From positions 88,536,001-88,600,000 of the forward strand of contig NC_043004.1 in the NCBI RefSeq assembly GCF_006345805.1: DNA of 64,000 nucleotides. The letters run 5' to 3'. Shown here piece after piece: positions 12,380-26,268 of the stretch. The stretch's first letter is position 1. Each line of letters begins with the position of its first letter. Position numbers and translations under genes: made by a program. Below the pieces are notes generated by a model, which did no database searches, was not told the origin of the DNA, and saw only the letters and a list, made by a program, of their open reading frames with translations. Source of the DNA: Octopus sinensis (taxonomy: Eukaryota).

Positions 12380-12600
12380 TTTATGTATGTATGTATGGAC
12401 GTATGTTTGTATGTATATATATATATATATATATATATAAACATACATATACACATATGCATATATACATTATATATGTCTATATATGCACATGCATACA
12501 TACGCACTTATGTCTGTATATGCATGTATAGATACATACATACATATATATGTATATATTTATATATATATGTATGTGCGTGTGTGTGTGTGTGTGTGCA
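12000..12600. repeat. Compound microsatellite containing a ~200-bp tandem duplication
   Basis: ~12160-12350 recurs at ~12365-12560 with the same interruptions (CGTATGTTTGTATG, ATGTCTGTATATGCAT). Confidence 0.75.
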
Positions 12601-14820
12601 TCTATTGAAGCAGTGTGTGTAGTGAAGTTTTTATATTTTTCTAATGCAACTTGAATGATTGCTACAGCTTCCAAATTTGCGTTTAATTGTGGTTTCCTGA
12701 ACGGCTGAGCGTGTTGGAAGAGATCCAAAGTTTTGAAATCAGCCATAATGTATGAATAAGATACTTCGAAATCAGAATAACTAGCGATTGGTAATTCAAG
12801 GTTTCACAGAATAGGTTGCATCTGGATAGTGAGTGCATAATATCTATATATGTAACTCAATAAACATCAACATTTTATCTATTTTTCTGACACCGAAATA
12901 ACCCAATTTTGTTTTTAAAATCTCCCGTTATGCAAAAAGGATTTCGATAATGTACCTGTTTTAAGCAGTTCTTTCAGATCTTTACAAAATGTAATTTATA
13001 TTTTAGGAGAAGCATAGAGTGGCATAGATGTATATGCGCATATTAAATTAGGGGAAGTTTTGGGGCCATTAATTTCCCCAGTCATTAGGCAATCTTTTGG
13101 TTTTAGCACATGCAAAATTTAATGAAGCTGGTTTTTCGTCCTGTCGTTGTTGCTAATGAGAGATGACGTTTTCCTTACGAATCATCCTGATCCATAGAGT
13201 TCAATGTAAGGTAACAATGCTTATGCTTAATTCTACAAAGCTTGTGATTTATTGTACAATGTTCAAGGTTTTCTTGTTCATTATGATCTCTTAGTTCTCT
13301 ATAATAATTGCATTCGCATCTCAGATAATTTATAGCAATACTAAATCTACACATCACTTGACAAGTTCATTACATCAGCTCACCTTGAAGGATGAAGGGC
13401 AAAGATCGTATGGATAGTATTTTGAACTCAAATTGAAACGAGCTGTAATTGAACACCGTTGGCATTTTGTTCGACGCTCTAACGATTCTGATAATCCTCT
13501 GACATGAGGAGAGCGTTTGTAAGAAATATTGAATTCTTTCCTTTTTTTCCAAAGTAATTGATTTAGTGTTATGTTTAACGATGGTATTTTCGGATGTAGC
13601 CAATACATTTGAAAATATCTTACAACAATAAATATATACTCCACCCCTACAGATGGATTTACCTTACATTACATAGCAACATTACGGCACAGCTTTTATA
13701 TCCCAATTGGTCCTGCCTTATTCAACATTGTCCTGAAAGAAATGAAAATAGTAAAATACCCCATAATCTTTTTTAAACGGTCGGACGACTTCCTCGTAAA
13801 TATACAAAACAATCCGCAAACACCTGGATACCTTCATTGAACGACCGATCAGTACACGAGTGAACTATTGCGCCACAAAACGTGATTTAAAAGACCTCTT
13901 CATGTAGTGCTATTCAGTTAAACAAAATCTTGGCCAATAAGAGACAAACACTAGTGATAATTGGAGTGTTGTGGAAGATCATAGTGATAGCTGTATAGTG
14001 TAATAGGTGAACATTTCTAGAGAAAAAATAGGACACTTACTGATATTTCATTAATCGTATATAAGCTAACAAAGGATATCTTAAAGTGTTCTGGATTGTT
14101 TTTTATAGTTGTAGTGATGCTAATGTATTCTGACTTTCAATCCGTTACAACAAAATCGTGTCTTGGATAACTGGGACAGGTGAATGCAATTACAAAACTA
14201 CATTAATATGTAAAATTTTCAAAGGCTTCATTTTCCCCATTTACAGCTTAAAGATATACTTCAAAAGAAATTAAAACCAATCAATCAAGCACGGTTTTGT
14301 TCACTACTAATAGGATTGTGACAACGCTTCCACCAACCTTCAGAATTTCTTAGCAGACTTTTTCGTCAGATATATTGAATGCAGTTCCTTTATTTGCAGA
14401 CAGTATTTGCAAGACAGATTTCCTCGAATTTTATGATGCCAAGTTTAACCCTTTAACTGCGAAATTAAATTTCACGGTTATTCCTATATTGAAGTTAAAT
14501 ATCTACTAAAATAATAGAACTGGTATTTTCTGCAAGTCATGCTGCCTCAATAAACAAAAAACAGTTTCAAACATAACATTCCTCAACAAAATACAGACTA
14601 CTTTCTGCAGTAAAGGGCAATGAAATTTTGGGTGGATATATCTTATTTCCACAATAAAATTATTAGACTTTGCTTTATGTTTCAGGCAAAGACATTAGGC
14701 CACACTTCTTAATAGAGAGTTAGGTACTGGCAAAGGAGACTTAAGCATTTAAATCCCAATATGTTGACTGGTAGAGACAGCTCAATTGTGAATACACAAG
14801 ATTATGTAACTTAGGAGTAA

Positions 14821-15028
14821 GGCGGCGAACTGGTTGAATCATCACCACGCCGGGGAAAATGCTTTGCGGCATTTCATCTGTTCTGAGTTCAAATTCCACC
14901 GGAATCAATGTTGTCTTGCGTCCTTTCGGGGTCGATAAAGTAAGTACCAGTCAAACACTTGGATCGATGTAACTGACTACCCACCCCCACCCCGAAACTA
15001 CTGGCCTTGTGCCAAAATTTGAAACCAA
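14821..15028 (+). mobile_element. SINE family A
   Basis: GGCGGCGAACTGG...GAGTTCAAATTCCACCGG...CCTTTCGGGGTCGATAAAGTAAGTACCAG...GGCCTTGTGCCAAAATTTGAAACC. Confidence 0.85.
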
Positions 15029-15309
15029 TATAATATATGAGTGATATATTGAAAGACGTATGTAAACAAGTGACATTCCTATTTTTGGAGTGTCCTATTT
15101 TTGTGAATGTATTTTAGGTATCCGTAAATATTTACGGTTAATATATTTTATAATATAATATCGCAGGAAGATTTTCTTTTTCAACGTCAGTCGCGCCACC
15201 TAAAACCCGACCCTACAGTGGATCACAATTGACGCATGGATATTTTCACTAGCACTACTCTATATATTATCATATTAAGTTAGTGGGACTTTATAGCTAG
15301 TAACATATT

Positions 15310-15580
15310 TTTTCCTACTCTAGGCACAAGGTTCGAAATTTTGGGGGAGGTGGGGAGGCAGTCGATTAGATCAACCCCAGTACACAACTGGTACTTAATT
15401 TATCGGCCCCGAAAGGATGAAAGGAAAAGTCGACCTCGACAGAATTTGAACTCAGAACATAAAGACAGACGAAATACAGCTAATCATTTTGCCCGGTGTG
15501 CTAACGTTCCTTATTTCTTTATTGCCAACAAGGGGCTAAACATAGAGGGGACAAACAAGGACAGGCAAAGGTTTTAAGTC
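15310..15580 (-). mobile_element. SINE family A plus a second tail fragment
   Basis: GAAAGGATGAAAGGAAAAGTCGACCTCGACAGAATTTGAACTCAGAAC. Confidence 0.8.
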
Positions 15581-15707
15581 GAATCCAACACCCCTAACCT
15601 CTAATCCACGCGTCTCTACACAGCTCCGGTAGTACTAACATCCGATCAGAATGTCACAGGAATGTAGGACGGATTTTTCAAGACGAACCAACTGATAGGA
15701 AGCATTA

Positions 15708-16029
15708 CTGCTGACACGCCGTCGGTTACGACGGCGATGGTTTCAGTTGGTCTGATGAACGGAAGAACCTACTCGTGAAATTAACGTGCAAGTGGTTGAG
15801 CACTCCACAGACACGTATACCTATAACGTAGTTCTCAAGGAGATTCAGCATGACACAGAATGTGACAAGGCTGAGCCTTTAACATAGAGGTACAACTCAT
15901 TTTTTCCGGGTGAGTGGAATGGAGCAACGTGAAATAAAATGTCTCGCTCAAGGACATAACGTAGCGCTGGGAATCGAACTCAGGACCTTGCGATCGTGAG
16001 TCGAATACCCTAACCACTAACCCACGCGC
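15708..16029 (-). mobile_element. tRNA-derived SINE, family C, near full length
   Basis: RC: GGCGCGTGGGTTAGTGGTTAGGG...GAGTTCGATTCCC, CORE-like TGTCCTTGAGCGAGACA, terminal hairpin CCGTCG-TAAC-CGACGG. Confidence 0.85.
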
Positions 16030-16789
16030 CTTAACTAGGACTCATAGGGGTAAACCAAAAATGAGATGATTGAATGATGTCCTTAGTATCAAATGGTCGC
16101 GCTTGAGAACTCAACCGGAAAGTGTAATGATGGCCGCTTCTGATAAGACCCTATGGATGAGGTACCAGAGGACTCTAACCTCCACGAGCCTCCCAGCAAT
16201 AGCGGGTGTAGAGGATAAATGGGTGGATGAATGATAAAATGTATCTTCATTGCCTCGTATAGATATACTCATATATGTGTCAAGACAATTTCCTGTCCAT
16301 TTCCTCTGCAGTCACCATTGAAATAAATGATGCACAGGTCATATTTCTGTACTTAGAGCATATTCGATATTTGTATAAAGCAGTGTCTTAAGCTATTCGA
16401 AAATTCATGTAAGGCGTGCCAAGAGATATGACTGTTGGGACATGAGCTGACATTTATACGGCGAAAATGCATTATAATCATACATACTTATGCACTGTGA
16501 ACAGATGTCAGTTAATTAGGTGGTATAGAAAGTAGAAATTCCATATATGAAATATGAGAAATGGTATGTAAGAAAGAGAAATCGAAGAACGAGAAGAGAT
16601 GACAGAGAGAGAGTGGGGGAGAGAGAGATGCAGAGAAAGGGAGATCTACGTATAAATATGAGAAGCGGCAGACACTGTAATGTAGGCGCGTAAATATTGT
16701 TTGTGTAACCAGCAGCAAGCAGTTCTTAATGCATCTTAATGCTGTTGAGAATTCACATTTGTCCAGCATAAATAACGATCGATTAAATA

Positions 16790-16964
16790 TCTATGTACAC
16801 ACACAACACACACACACACACACAGACACACACACGCACATACATACACACGTGTATGTACGCATGTATTGAATGCATACACATACACACACACACGCAC
16901 ACACATATATATATATATACATATATATATAATATAGAATAAATGAATTATATTATTATATATA

Positions 16965-16995
<31 letters not shown>

Positions 16996-17726
16996 GCCTC
17001 TTTATGTGTGAATGATGTGTATGTGTATCTTATGTAGGCATGTGTGTGTGGTTGCAAATATATCTCTGTGTGTACGTAGGTGTGTGCGTGTATGTATACG
17101 TATGTGCATGTACATGTGTGTGCGTGCATGTACATGTGTGTGCGTGCATGTATGTATGCAGGTATTGTGTATATATATGTACGCGTGTTTGCATGCATTA
17201 TGCATACGTGGATGTTCATTCGCAGCCGATGACTCACTCCGATTGTAACTCAATCCATATTTTAGTATTGAAACGTGTATGCCTCGACTGAACTAATTAC
17301 ACAAAAGTAAGATGGCACTACATCCTTTATATGCTGTTAATGAAATCTAATTGCATTTCTAGAATGTATATTATACCAGAGACAAAGGACAAAGTAGTGG
17401 AAAGTTTATTTATATATGTGTGTGTATATATATATATATATGTGTGTGTAATTATGTATACATTTATATATATAATATAAATATATATATATATATATAT
17501 GTATATATGTAAGTATGTATACAATTATATATATAATATAAATATATATACATATATATACAAATGCATTAATATATAAATATACCTATATACCTATATA
17601 TTATATATATATATATACGTATATATGTTTATATATATACATGTGTATATACATAGATATATATGAATGTATGAATATATATACAGAGAGGGGAGGGAGG
17701 GGAGGATAGATAGATAGACAGATAGG

Positions 17727-17812
<86 letters not shown>
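16790..17812. repeat. Microsatellite-rich block ending in (GATA)n
   Basis: Direct reading. Confidence 0.9.
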
Positions 17813-17813
<1 letters not shown>

Positions 17814-19769
17814 ACTATTTTTCAGTCAGGAAGACATATAAATTTACTCTATACAGTCGACATTTTTTATCATAAATATCAATTCATCTATAATTAATAG
17901 TAACAACTGTTATTTAATTATATTCAAATATTGTAGTGTATTTGTTATTCAATGTTTTTGCATATCTTTGGCGTTATTTCTTTATTAGACTACAAAAAAC
18001 TCACCTTTCTTCTGTATCGTATAGAAAATATTCTATGATACGACATAAATTTAAATGTTTGGCTAAACAGATTTTATTCAGTTTTAAATTCATATTTTTG
18101 TCTTTCTCATTAAATATAATTTTTTCTTGTTTTTTCTATTTTATAGCGTTTTGTTTATTTATTGTTTAGTAGAGTTGTCTTCACCATATTTACAAAAATT
18201 AAGACATAACATGAATTCCAAACAAAATGGAAGCCAACTGACGCAAGCAGGTTTATAGACAAATATTTAGAGTCATGTGTGTGTGTCTGTGTTTGTGTAT
18301 TTGTGAGTGTATGTGAGAATCTGTGTGTGTGCAAATAAGCTACACAGCATAAATTCCATTTACAGATTGTAATAGTAACACATAAAGGGAAACTAAAATA
18401 AAATGTTATCATTAATCTGTTCTGTACAGGTATTTGATGTGTTTGTATGTAGAGTATACATACATCTACACATACATATATATAGGTATACGCATATGTA
18501 TATTTACGTATGTATGTATGTATACTTGTAAGCGCTTTTTCAAACAGTAGCAATAAGAATATTAGATAAAATATCTAAGTAGATTAATACATTAATTAGA
18601 TAAATTCACATAAAATGATAACTAGACATAATTTATATTACCACTGTTTTATATTACCACTGTTATCACGCAGAGTTCATACAAAAAAAGACCGTGTTTG
18701 TAGAATCATATACGGGCCCACTATGTCTGAAGGAAATCGCACCGACCCTCCTAAGCAATACAATGCAATGCCAAGTCCTTGATATTTCTGTTATCTAACT
18801 GACATGTTATTACAAGACTACGAGCAGAATGTGAAGAACAAATCAGTAGATACTTTGTTTTTGAGGCGGGGGGGGGGGGGTTGTAGATCATTAACAGTTT
18901 AGCCCCAAGTTTGTTTGATTTTATACCAGTATCATTGTTATATTTATTTGAGCTGCGAGGTTGGTAGAACATTAAATGATGCAAGTAGAAAATCTTAGAT
19001 GAAGGCAGAGAACTAACAGAATCGTTGGCGAATTGAATAACATGCTTAGCTGCATTCATACCAGCTCTTTAACTTCTGATTTGGAAATGTCACCGAAGTC
19101 GACTTTGCCTTTCATTTTTTTCAGGGTCTACAAAATACGTACCAATTGCGCACTTACTCCCACACGCATTCCGCAAAGTTTCTGTCAGCTCATATTTCTA
19201 CGGTGAGACACTAGCCAATAAGATGCCGCAGTAGAACACATTTGCCACGTATGACGAGCAGTGGGGTAGAACCCATGCCTACATGATCTCGAAGAAATTC
19301 TTTAGCGGACAGCAACCCCAGCGCCTATACACATACATACATTCTTGCATACATACGTTTGTGTGTATGTGTTGTGTGCATGTGTTTGTGTGTGTGTGTG
19401 TGTGTGTATGCTTGTATGTATAAATATTTCGCTTAGGTATAGCGATATTAATAACCTGGTGTTAGAACTCATTATACATATGTTTCAGAATGAAGAGTTA
19501 GTCATGTACTACGCGTAATTTAAAATAAGGGAGCAAGGATTATGCGATCAACTTCATGTGGTTACAGATGTCTCTGCTATAGGGTGCAGTGTACACCACC
19601 ACCTTATAGCTTCCTCGAAGCTTCTAGAATGAGAGGTTCCGAAGAAGCAATAAAGTGATGTACAAACACTCAGCTAGGAATGCAATGCATCTCATAACAG
19701 AAACGGCTGTAAGCTGGTCTGGTTTACTACATAATTCCCGCCCTCTTTTCATTTATTTAATTTAGTATA

Positions 19770-19929
19770 TAGGCTTGCCTGTGTGGTAAGAAGCTTGCTT
19801 CCCAACCACATGATTCCGGGTTCAGTCCCACTGCCTGGCACCTTGAGCAAGTGTTTTCTACTGTAGCCTCGAGTCGACCAAAGACTTGTGAGTTTATTTA
19901 GTAGACAGAAACTGAAAGAAGGCGGTCGT

Positions 19930-19932
<3 letters not shown>
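19770..19932 (+). mobile_element. SINE family B, 5' half
   Basis: TGTGTGGTAAGAAGCTTGCTTCCCAACCACATG...GGCACCTTGAGCAAGTGT. Confidence 0.85.
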
Positions 19933-20000
<68 letters not shown>

Positions 20001-20034
20001 AAATAATAGGTTACAATTACTCAAAAATAGTCAC

Positions 20035-20095
20035 GATAAAACTCTGAGTTTCAGATGCCGAAGTGGAAATTCACAACACCATCTCTTCGGTTATC
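20035..20095 (-). ncRNA. Degenerate minimal hammerhead ribozyme motif
   Basis: RC: GATAA-CCGAAGA-GATG...CATC-T-GAA-ACTC A GAGT-T-TTATC; 5-bp stem I, near-palindromic stem III, U4 mutated. Confidence 0.6.
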
Positions 20096-20889
20096 TGGCC
20101 ATCTGAAAAACGCTATGAAAAAATACCGTTATATAAAGGGAAATTACTGTGTTATAATTCTCCTACTTATATAAAATAAGATTAAAAGTTCATAGTAAAC
20201 ACGTAAACATGGCTACTCATAGGCTCACATGTGCGCTCGCGGACCCACGTGCGTACTTATACGTCACTATGAAAACGTACACATCTTCACTCGCATTTTT
20301 CGCCAAATGTATACGCATATATATACAAACTCATACACACACACACGCGTACCGTAAAAGTTCATACATACGTCTATATACGCACAAGCACAAGAAAAAA
20401 ACATGGTTAAAGGTAACAGAAAAAACATAAGGAAGTATACAAAGCGTAAAAACCACGTTCATATACGGACATGCCCTTATGCACTCATACACACACACGC
20501 CCATATATGTACATACCCGCACATGTTTATATACGCATACACACACACGCATACACAAAAAATGAATATACATATGCCCCCCCCCCAAAAAAAAAACTTT
20601 AAAAATTGTAAAAATACTAAGTAAAAACGTCTATATATATAGGCATTCTTATGTCCGCACACACACACACATCTAAAACGGCCCACTCATACATATTCAC
20701 ACACGTGTACACATGAATCTATATACACGTCTATATAGGCACAGGAAAAATGCAGGATGGAAGAGTACAGAAAAAAATTGTGTGAAAATATAAAAATATA
20801 TGAAATAATAAAAGGTATAATGAGATAAAAAAAACTTTTTGGGACATAATATGGAAAGCAAGTTCTATCTGTTTTCTTGAGGGGACCAA

Positions 20890-21285
20890 AAACGTAACAA
20901 AAATTTTGTCACATTTGGGCATGATCCGAAAATTTCTGTCCTTGAGTTTAGACATGTAGTTTAGACATGTAGATAAGCCATCTCTCCATGTCGCATAGAC
21001 CGCACTTTCCGCTGCCGTTGGTGTAGGGCTTACATTTGGCCAAAATTTTCCAATGGATGTTATAATTGACACCTTTATCTTTTAAAGACCAAATACGATT
21101 AGATAATTTTGTCGCTTTTCTTTTGTTCCAGTGCCTAAAACTCAAGGTGTGATTATTGAAGCTGGCCTTGAAATTACCCTCTGTAAGGCCCACGTATTTC
21201 TTCGTCGAAACGGTGTCTTTAGTGGTTATAGAGACACGGTAGCTTCATAGATGATAGTCTCGGACATGCAAGCTCCATTTAGAGT
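20890..21285 (-). mobile_element. Penelope-like element, GIY-YIG endonuclease fragment
   Basis: LNGACMSETIIYEATVS/...KKYVGLTEGNFKASFNNHTLSFRH...WKILAKCKPYTNGSGKCGLCDMERWLI.../LNSRTEIFGSC, with frameshifts; typical PLE GIY-YIG C-terminus. Confidence 0.85.
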
Positions 21286-21392
21286 TTTATCTTGACTATT
21301 GAGTAATTGTAACATATTATTTTATAGATAAATTTCCTCTATTTACATAATATTGACGTCTCTTTCTTTCTTTTGTTATCTTACCGTTTTTA

Positions 21393-21497
<105 letters not shown>

Positions 21498-21498
21498 C

Positions 21499-22445
21499 TT
21501 CTAATATAGGATAAAATTTTTTTCAAAAATAATTTCAAGTGGCCAGCATATTAAAATACCTCTTAAGGTGAAAATTATAAATAATTATAAATAAGAGCAA
21601 AAGAAAAAACATTTCTAGTCAATACACTGAGAAATAGACTTTAAATCGTCAATCACCACATACAATATACATCATTATAAATACACATCGTGTTGACTCG
21701 AAGAAAGCAAGCTAACAGAATTTTTTTTCAAATTCATTAGCTCTGTATCGAACGATTTCGGGATTAATCCAACGTATTTTTCCACTCATCAGCAGAGAAT
21801 ATGATATGAAATAAATGAAATGCTTACAAGTACTCATGGAAAAAAGCAGAAGCAAATGTCATGTGTACACATAAGTGCCCCAAATATATCTAAATATAAA
21901 TTCCGTAGCTATCCTCAAAACACATATAGTAGGTCTGGAACCACAACTTAGAGTGGTCACCAGTCCCGAAGCGAATGCTAATAAAATTAATTCTAATATA
22001 GGATAAAATTTTTTCAAAAAAAATTCATCAAGTGGGCAGCATATTAAAATACCTTTTAAGTTGAAAATTTTAAACAATTATAGATAGGGGCAAAAGAAAA
22101 ACATATTCTATGCCAATATGTTGAATTTATATTTAGATATATTTGGCCTGCTTATGTGTACTCATAACATTTGCCTCTGCTTTTTTTTTGGCATGGCTGC
22201 TTGTTAGTATTTTATTTATTTCTCTTCTTATTCTCTGCTAATGAGGGGGAAAACCCGTTGGATTAATCTCGAAATCGTTCGATACAGAGATAATGAATGA
22301 AAAAAAAATTCTGTTAGCTGGCTTTCCTCGAGTCAACACGCTGTGTATTAATAGTGATATATATTGTACGTGGTGATTGGCGATTTAAAGTCTATTTCTC
22401 AGCATTTGGCGTAGAAATCTTTTTCTTTCGCCCTTATTTATGATT
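21499..22445. mobile_element. Tandem-plus-inverted pLTR-like repeat with two hammerhead motifs
   Basis: Direct repeats 21499-21620 and 21991-22110; ~330-bp inverted repeat 21575-21905 vs 22115-22445; flanked by microsatellites. Confidence 0.8.
21741..21797 (-). ncRNA. Minimal type-I hammerhead ribozyme, intact core
   Basis: RC: CTCTG-CTGATGA-GTGGA...TCCC-GAA-ATCG TT CGAT-A-CAGAG. The + copy at 22233-22289 has CTAATGA. Confidence 0.75.
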
Positions 22446-22505
22446 GTATACATACATACATACATGCATACATACTTACAAACAACATATATATATAATA
22501 TATAC

Positions 22506-22550
<45 letters not shown>

Positions 22551-22581
22551 ATATATATGTATACATATATATATATATATA

Positions 22582-22798
22582 TGTTTGTTTGTCTGTTTGT
22601 CCCACCACCATCGCTTGACAACCGATATTGGTGTGTTTACGTCCTCGTGACTTAGCAGCTCGACGAAAGAGACGATAGAAGAAGTACTAGGCTCACAAAG
22701 AATTAGTCCTGAGATTGATTTATTTGACTAAAAGACAGTGCTCCAGAATGGCTGCAGTCAAATGACTGTAGGAAGTAAAAGAATAAAAGAATTAAAGA

Positions 22799-22850
<52 letters not shown>

Positions 22851-23396
22851 TCTTTTGAATTAAGTAAATAACGGCTTATATTTTGACACAAGGTGAGGAA
22901 GTTTTGGAAGGAGGTTGTTAGTCAATTAAAGAATATATACATACACAACGCATGCACACAGTTACGTGTGTATATAATTTCTTTTATTGTTGTATTCTTT
23001 TACTTATTTCAGTCATTTGAGTGTGGCCATGCTAGAGTACCACCGTTAGTCGAACAGATGGACCCCCAGGACTTATTCTTTCTAAGCTAGTACTTATTCT
23101 ATCGTTGACTTATGCCGAACTGCTAGTTACGAGGCTATAAACAGACCAGCATTGGTTGTCAAGCGGGCAAACACGGACACACGCATGCACAAACGCACAC
23201 TCACAAACACACACATACATATGTATATATATGTATATATCTACGACGAGCTTCTTTCAGTTTCTGTCTCTCAAATCCATTCAACAAGACTTTGCTCAGT
23301 CCGAAGCCGTAGGAGAAGACACTTGCCCAAGGTGCCATGCATGGGACTGAACCCGGAAGCGTGTGCTTAGGGAGAAGTTTCTTACCACAGAGCCAC
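22582..23396. mobile_element. SINE family B: 3' half on + (22582-22800) and near-full on - (22995-23396)
   Basis: Matches to 34724-35132. Confidence 0.8.
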
Positions 23397-23397
23397 T

Positions 23398-23433
<36 letters not shown>

Positions 23434-23480
23434 AATATTATATATACACATATATATATATATATATTATATATATATAT

Positions 23481-23519
<39 letters not shown>

Positions 23520-24769
23520 TATAATTATATATATATATATATACACACATTATATATATATACGTTAAATATTTGTTGTGCAATACTTTGGGCATGGTAG
23601 ATGAGTTCAGGAAAAATTTGGATTCAAAAGAATATGGTACTTAAGTTGAGGACCCAGAATTTAGTACGGTATATCCATACAATTTCAAAGTAAGGTGATT
23701 AGAATCAAAATATGCAACAAGAATATTCTCTGGATATCCTTGTTGTTTATTTTGATTATAAATATATATATATATTATATAATATATATAAGAATGTTGA
23801 GCTCTATGTTGAAATACGTTTATGATTGATTGTAAGAAATGAGAAATGAGAAATTAAAATAGAATATGAAGAAAATGTTTACGTCAACTCATAATGTAGT
23901 ATGTTTTTCTCCTGAATTCAGCTTGTGACTTGCAATGTTAGATTTATTTTTCAAGTCCCTGCAACAATGGCTTCTCATGTACGTGATACATTATAAATAT
24001 TTCCAAACATACGTGTATACATATCTACGTATGCGATCATATGTAATAAGCATGCGTCACGACGGTATTCATATGTGCATAAATCATTTTCTGCATATGT
24101 GTTTATGAGTGTTTTAATGTGTGTGTGTGTGTGTGTGCGCGCGCATGTATAGAACATAATGCTTACGTATTTGTGTTTATATATATATATATATACAAAC
24201 ATACGAACACGCACTTGCAGTTACGTGTACACACATAGACATACTCTACCTGCATATGCCAAGTATACGTTCATAAAATTTTAAACATTACTGTTGTATA
24301 TACATGTGTGCGTGTGTGTAAGTGTGTTTGTGTGCGTGTGAGTGTGCGCGCGCGTGTATCTTGCTCCAAAGGATGTATACATTAGCTTGGATAGCTGCAA
24401 GTATTTGGCTGTATATATATATAATATATATATATATTATATATATATATATATATATGAATGAGTGTATGTGCATGCATGTATATCATCTATCTATCTA
24501 TCTATCTATCTATGTATCTGTCTGTCTGTCTGTCTATAGATAGATAGCGTGTCTGTGTGCGTGTCGGTGTGTGTTTATTTCTTAGATTCATACAAACTTA
24601 GGCCTCGTCGCTACTAGTGTTAATAGCTTACAGCAGCGTAAAGCTGGCAAAACGAGCAGCTTCTGATGATTTAGCATATGAGACACAGCATGTCACATAT
24701 TGAGATACTTATTTAAATGGAGGCATCCCTAGTTTTTGTATTTGAACGACTCTTACTACCACACATATA

Positions 24770-24778
24770 CACACACTC

Positions 24779-24810
<32 letters not shown>

Positions 24811-25174
24811 ATATATATATATATATACATATCAAGCACAAATATATATATATACATATACAAGCACAAATACATATATATTATATTATATATATATATA
24901 TATATATGTATGTATATAAGCATATATATCTATAATGCATATACATATATATATATACATATATCAACATGTATATACATACAGAAATATGTAGATACAA
25001 ACAAACCAGCTCCCTACATACATACCTATCAACCTATCATTCTACCTGCCTGCCTACCGACCTACCTACCTACCTACCTACCTACCTACCTACCTACATA
25101 CATACATACATACATACATACATACATACATGCATGCATACATACATACATACATACATACATACATACATACA

Positions 25175-25208
<34 letters not shown>

Positions 25209-25210
25209 GA
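24770..25210. repeat. (TA)n, (CCTA)n, (CATA)n microsatellites
   Basis: Direct reading. Confidence 0.95.
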
Positions 25211-26192
25211 TGCATGAATGCATACTCACATTCAGTCAGCTCTTCATACTTAACTGTGCGTACACATTCTGAAATATATGACATTCGTGTACATACAATA
25301 CGTTCTTACACGCACACACAAGCAAATTCAAATACACATTGAAGGATATGTATTCACATACGCGATGTTCCGCGAAAGACAATCAAACAAGCGCCACAAG
25401 CGTTCAAAAATGCATATATTATGAGTCTGCTGGTATCGTGTTCCGCGACACCTTTGAAGCAATTTTGCTGTATTGGTTTTTATGAGGAGGTGGAAGAAAT
25501 ATTCTCACCATAACACCATAGTATTATGTAATCCGTGACCAACTGCATTCAAGCAGTGCAATATCTTTTATAATTAGCGTCTTTTATGCACCGATGTCTT
25601 CCGTTTGTCTAAAAAGCAATATGGCGCTTTCAACAGCAACAGCTACAGAGATTGTGCGACGGTGACAACAAAAATATATTTAAAACAATCTATAGGAGTA
25701 GGGATTAAAGCAACAGTATCGTTTAAACTGGTGTTCCGGGATTTCTCCTGCATTATAGATAACAAACAAGCATACAAACGAAGAGAAAGAGAACACTTCA
25801 AGTATCTAGATGTATGAGGTTTTATTTATTTATATACGAATTTTCTTTTCTTATTCATTTACTTATTTATTCATTTATTTCCCTATTTGCACGATTGACA
25901 TATATTTGTGTGTAGAAACGGTAAGTATAATAATGGCGAAGATATTACAGGCATTTTATGGTTTGTTACTGAAACTTCCCTCGATGGTTTATATCTTCTG
26001 CTGAGAAATATAATTTATTCATTATTCCCACCTCTTCTTATATACATGCATACAAACATGTATACATACATATATGTTTATATATACATATATATATATA
26101 TGTTATATATGTATATATGTATATATGTATTTATATATGCGTACGTGTGTGTGTGTGTGTTTGTGTGTGCGTGTGTGTTGTGTGTGTGTGTG

Positions 26193-26223
<31 letters not shown>

Positions 26224-26236
26224 GGTGGTGTGTGTG

Positions 26237-26268
<32 letters not shown>

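Noticed and set aside
12600-14650. Protein-like frames and splice-like signals on the minus strand (e.g. MADFKTLDLFQHAQPF..., 13175-13357, donor at 14035-14040)
   Set aside because: Stops occur at near-random frequency, no family is recognised, and no consistent exon chain emerges.
17222-17285. CCGATGA...GAAACGTGTA hammerhead-like spacing
   Set aside because: Stems I and II do not pair convincingly.
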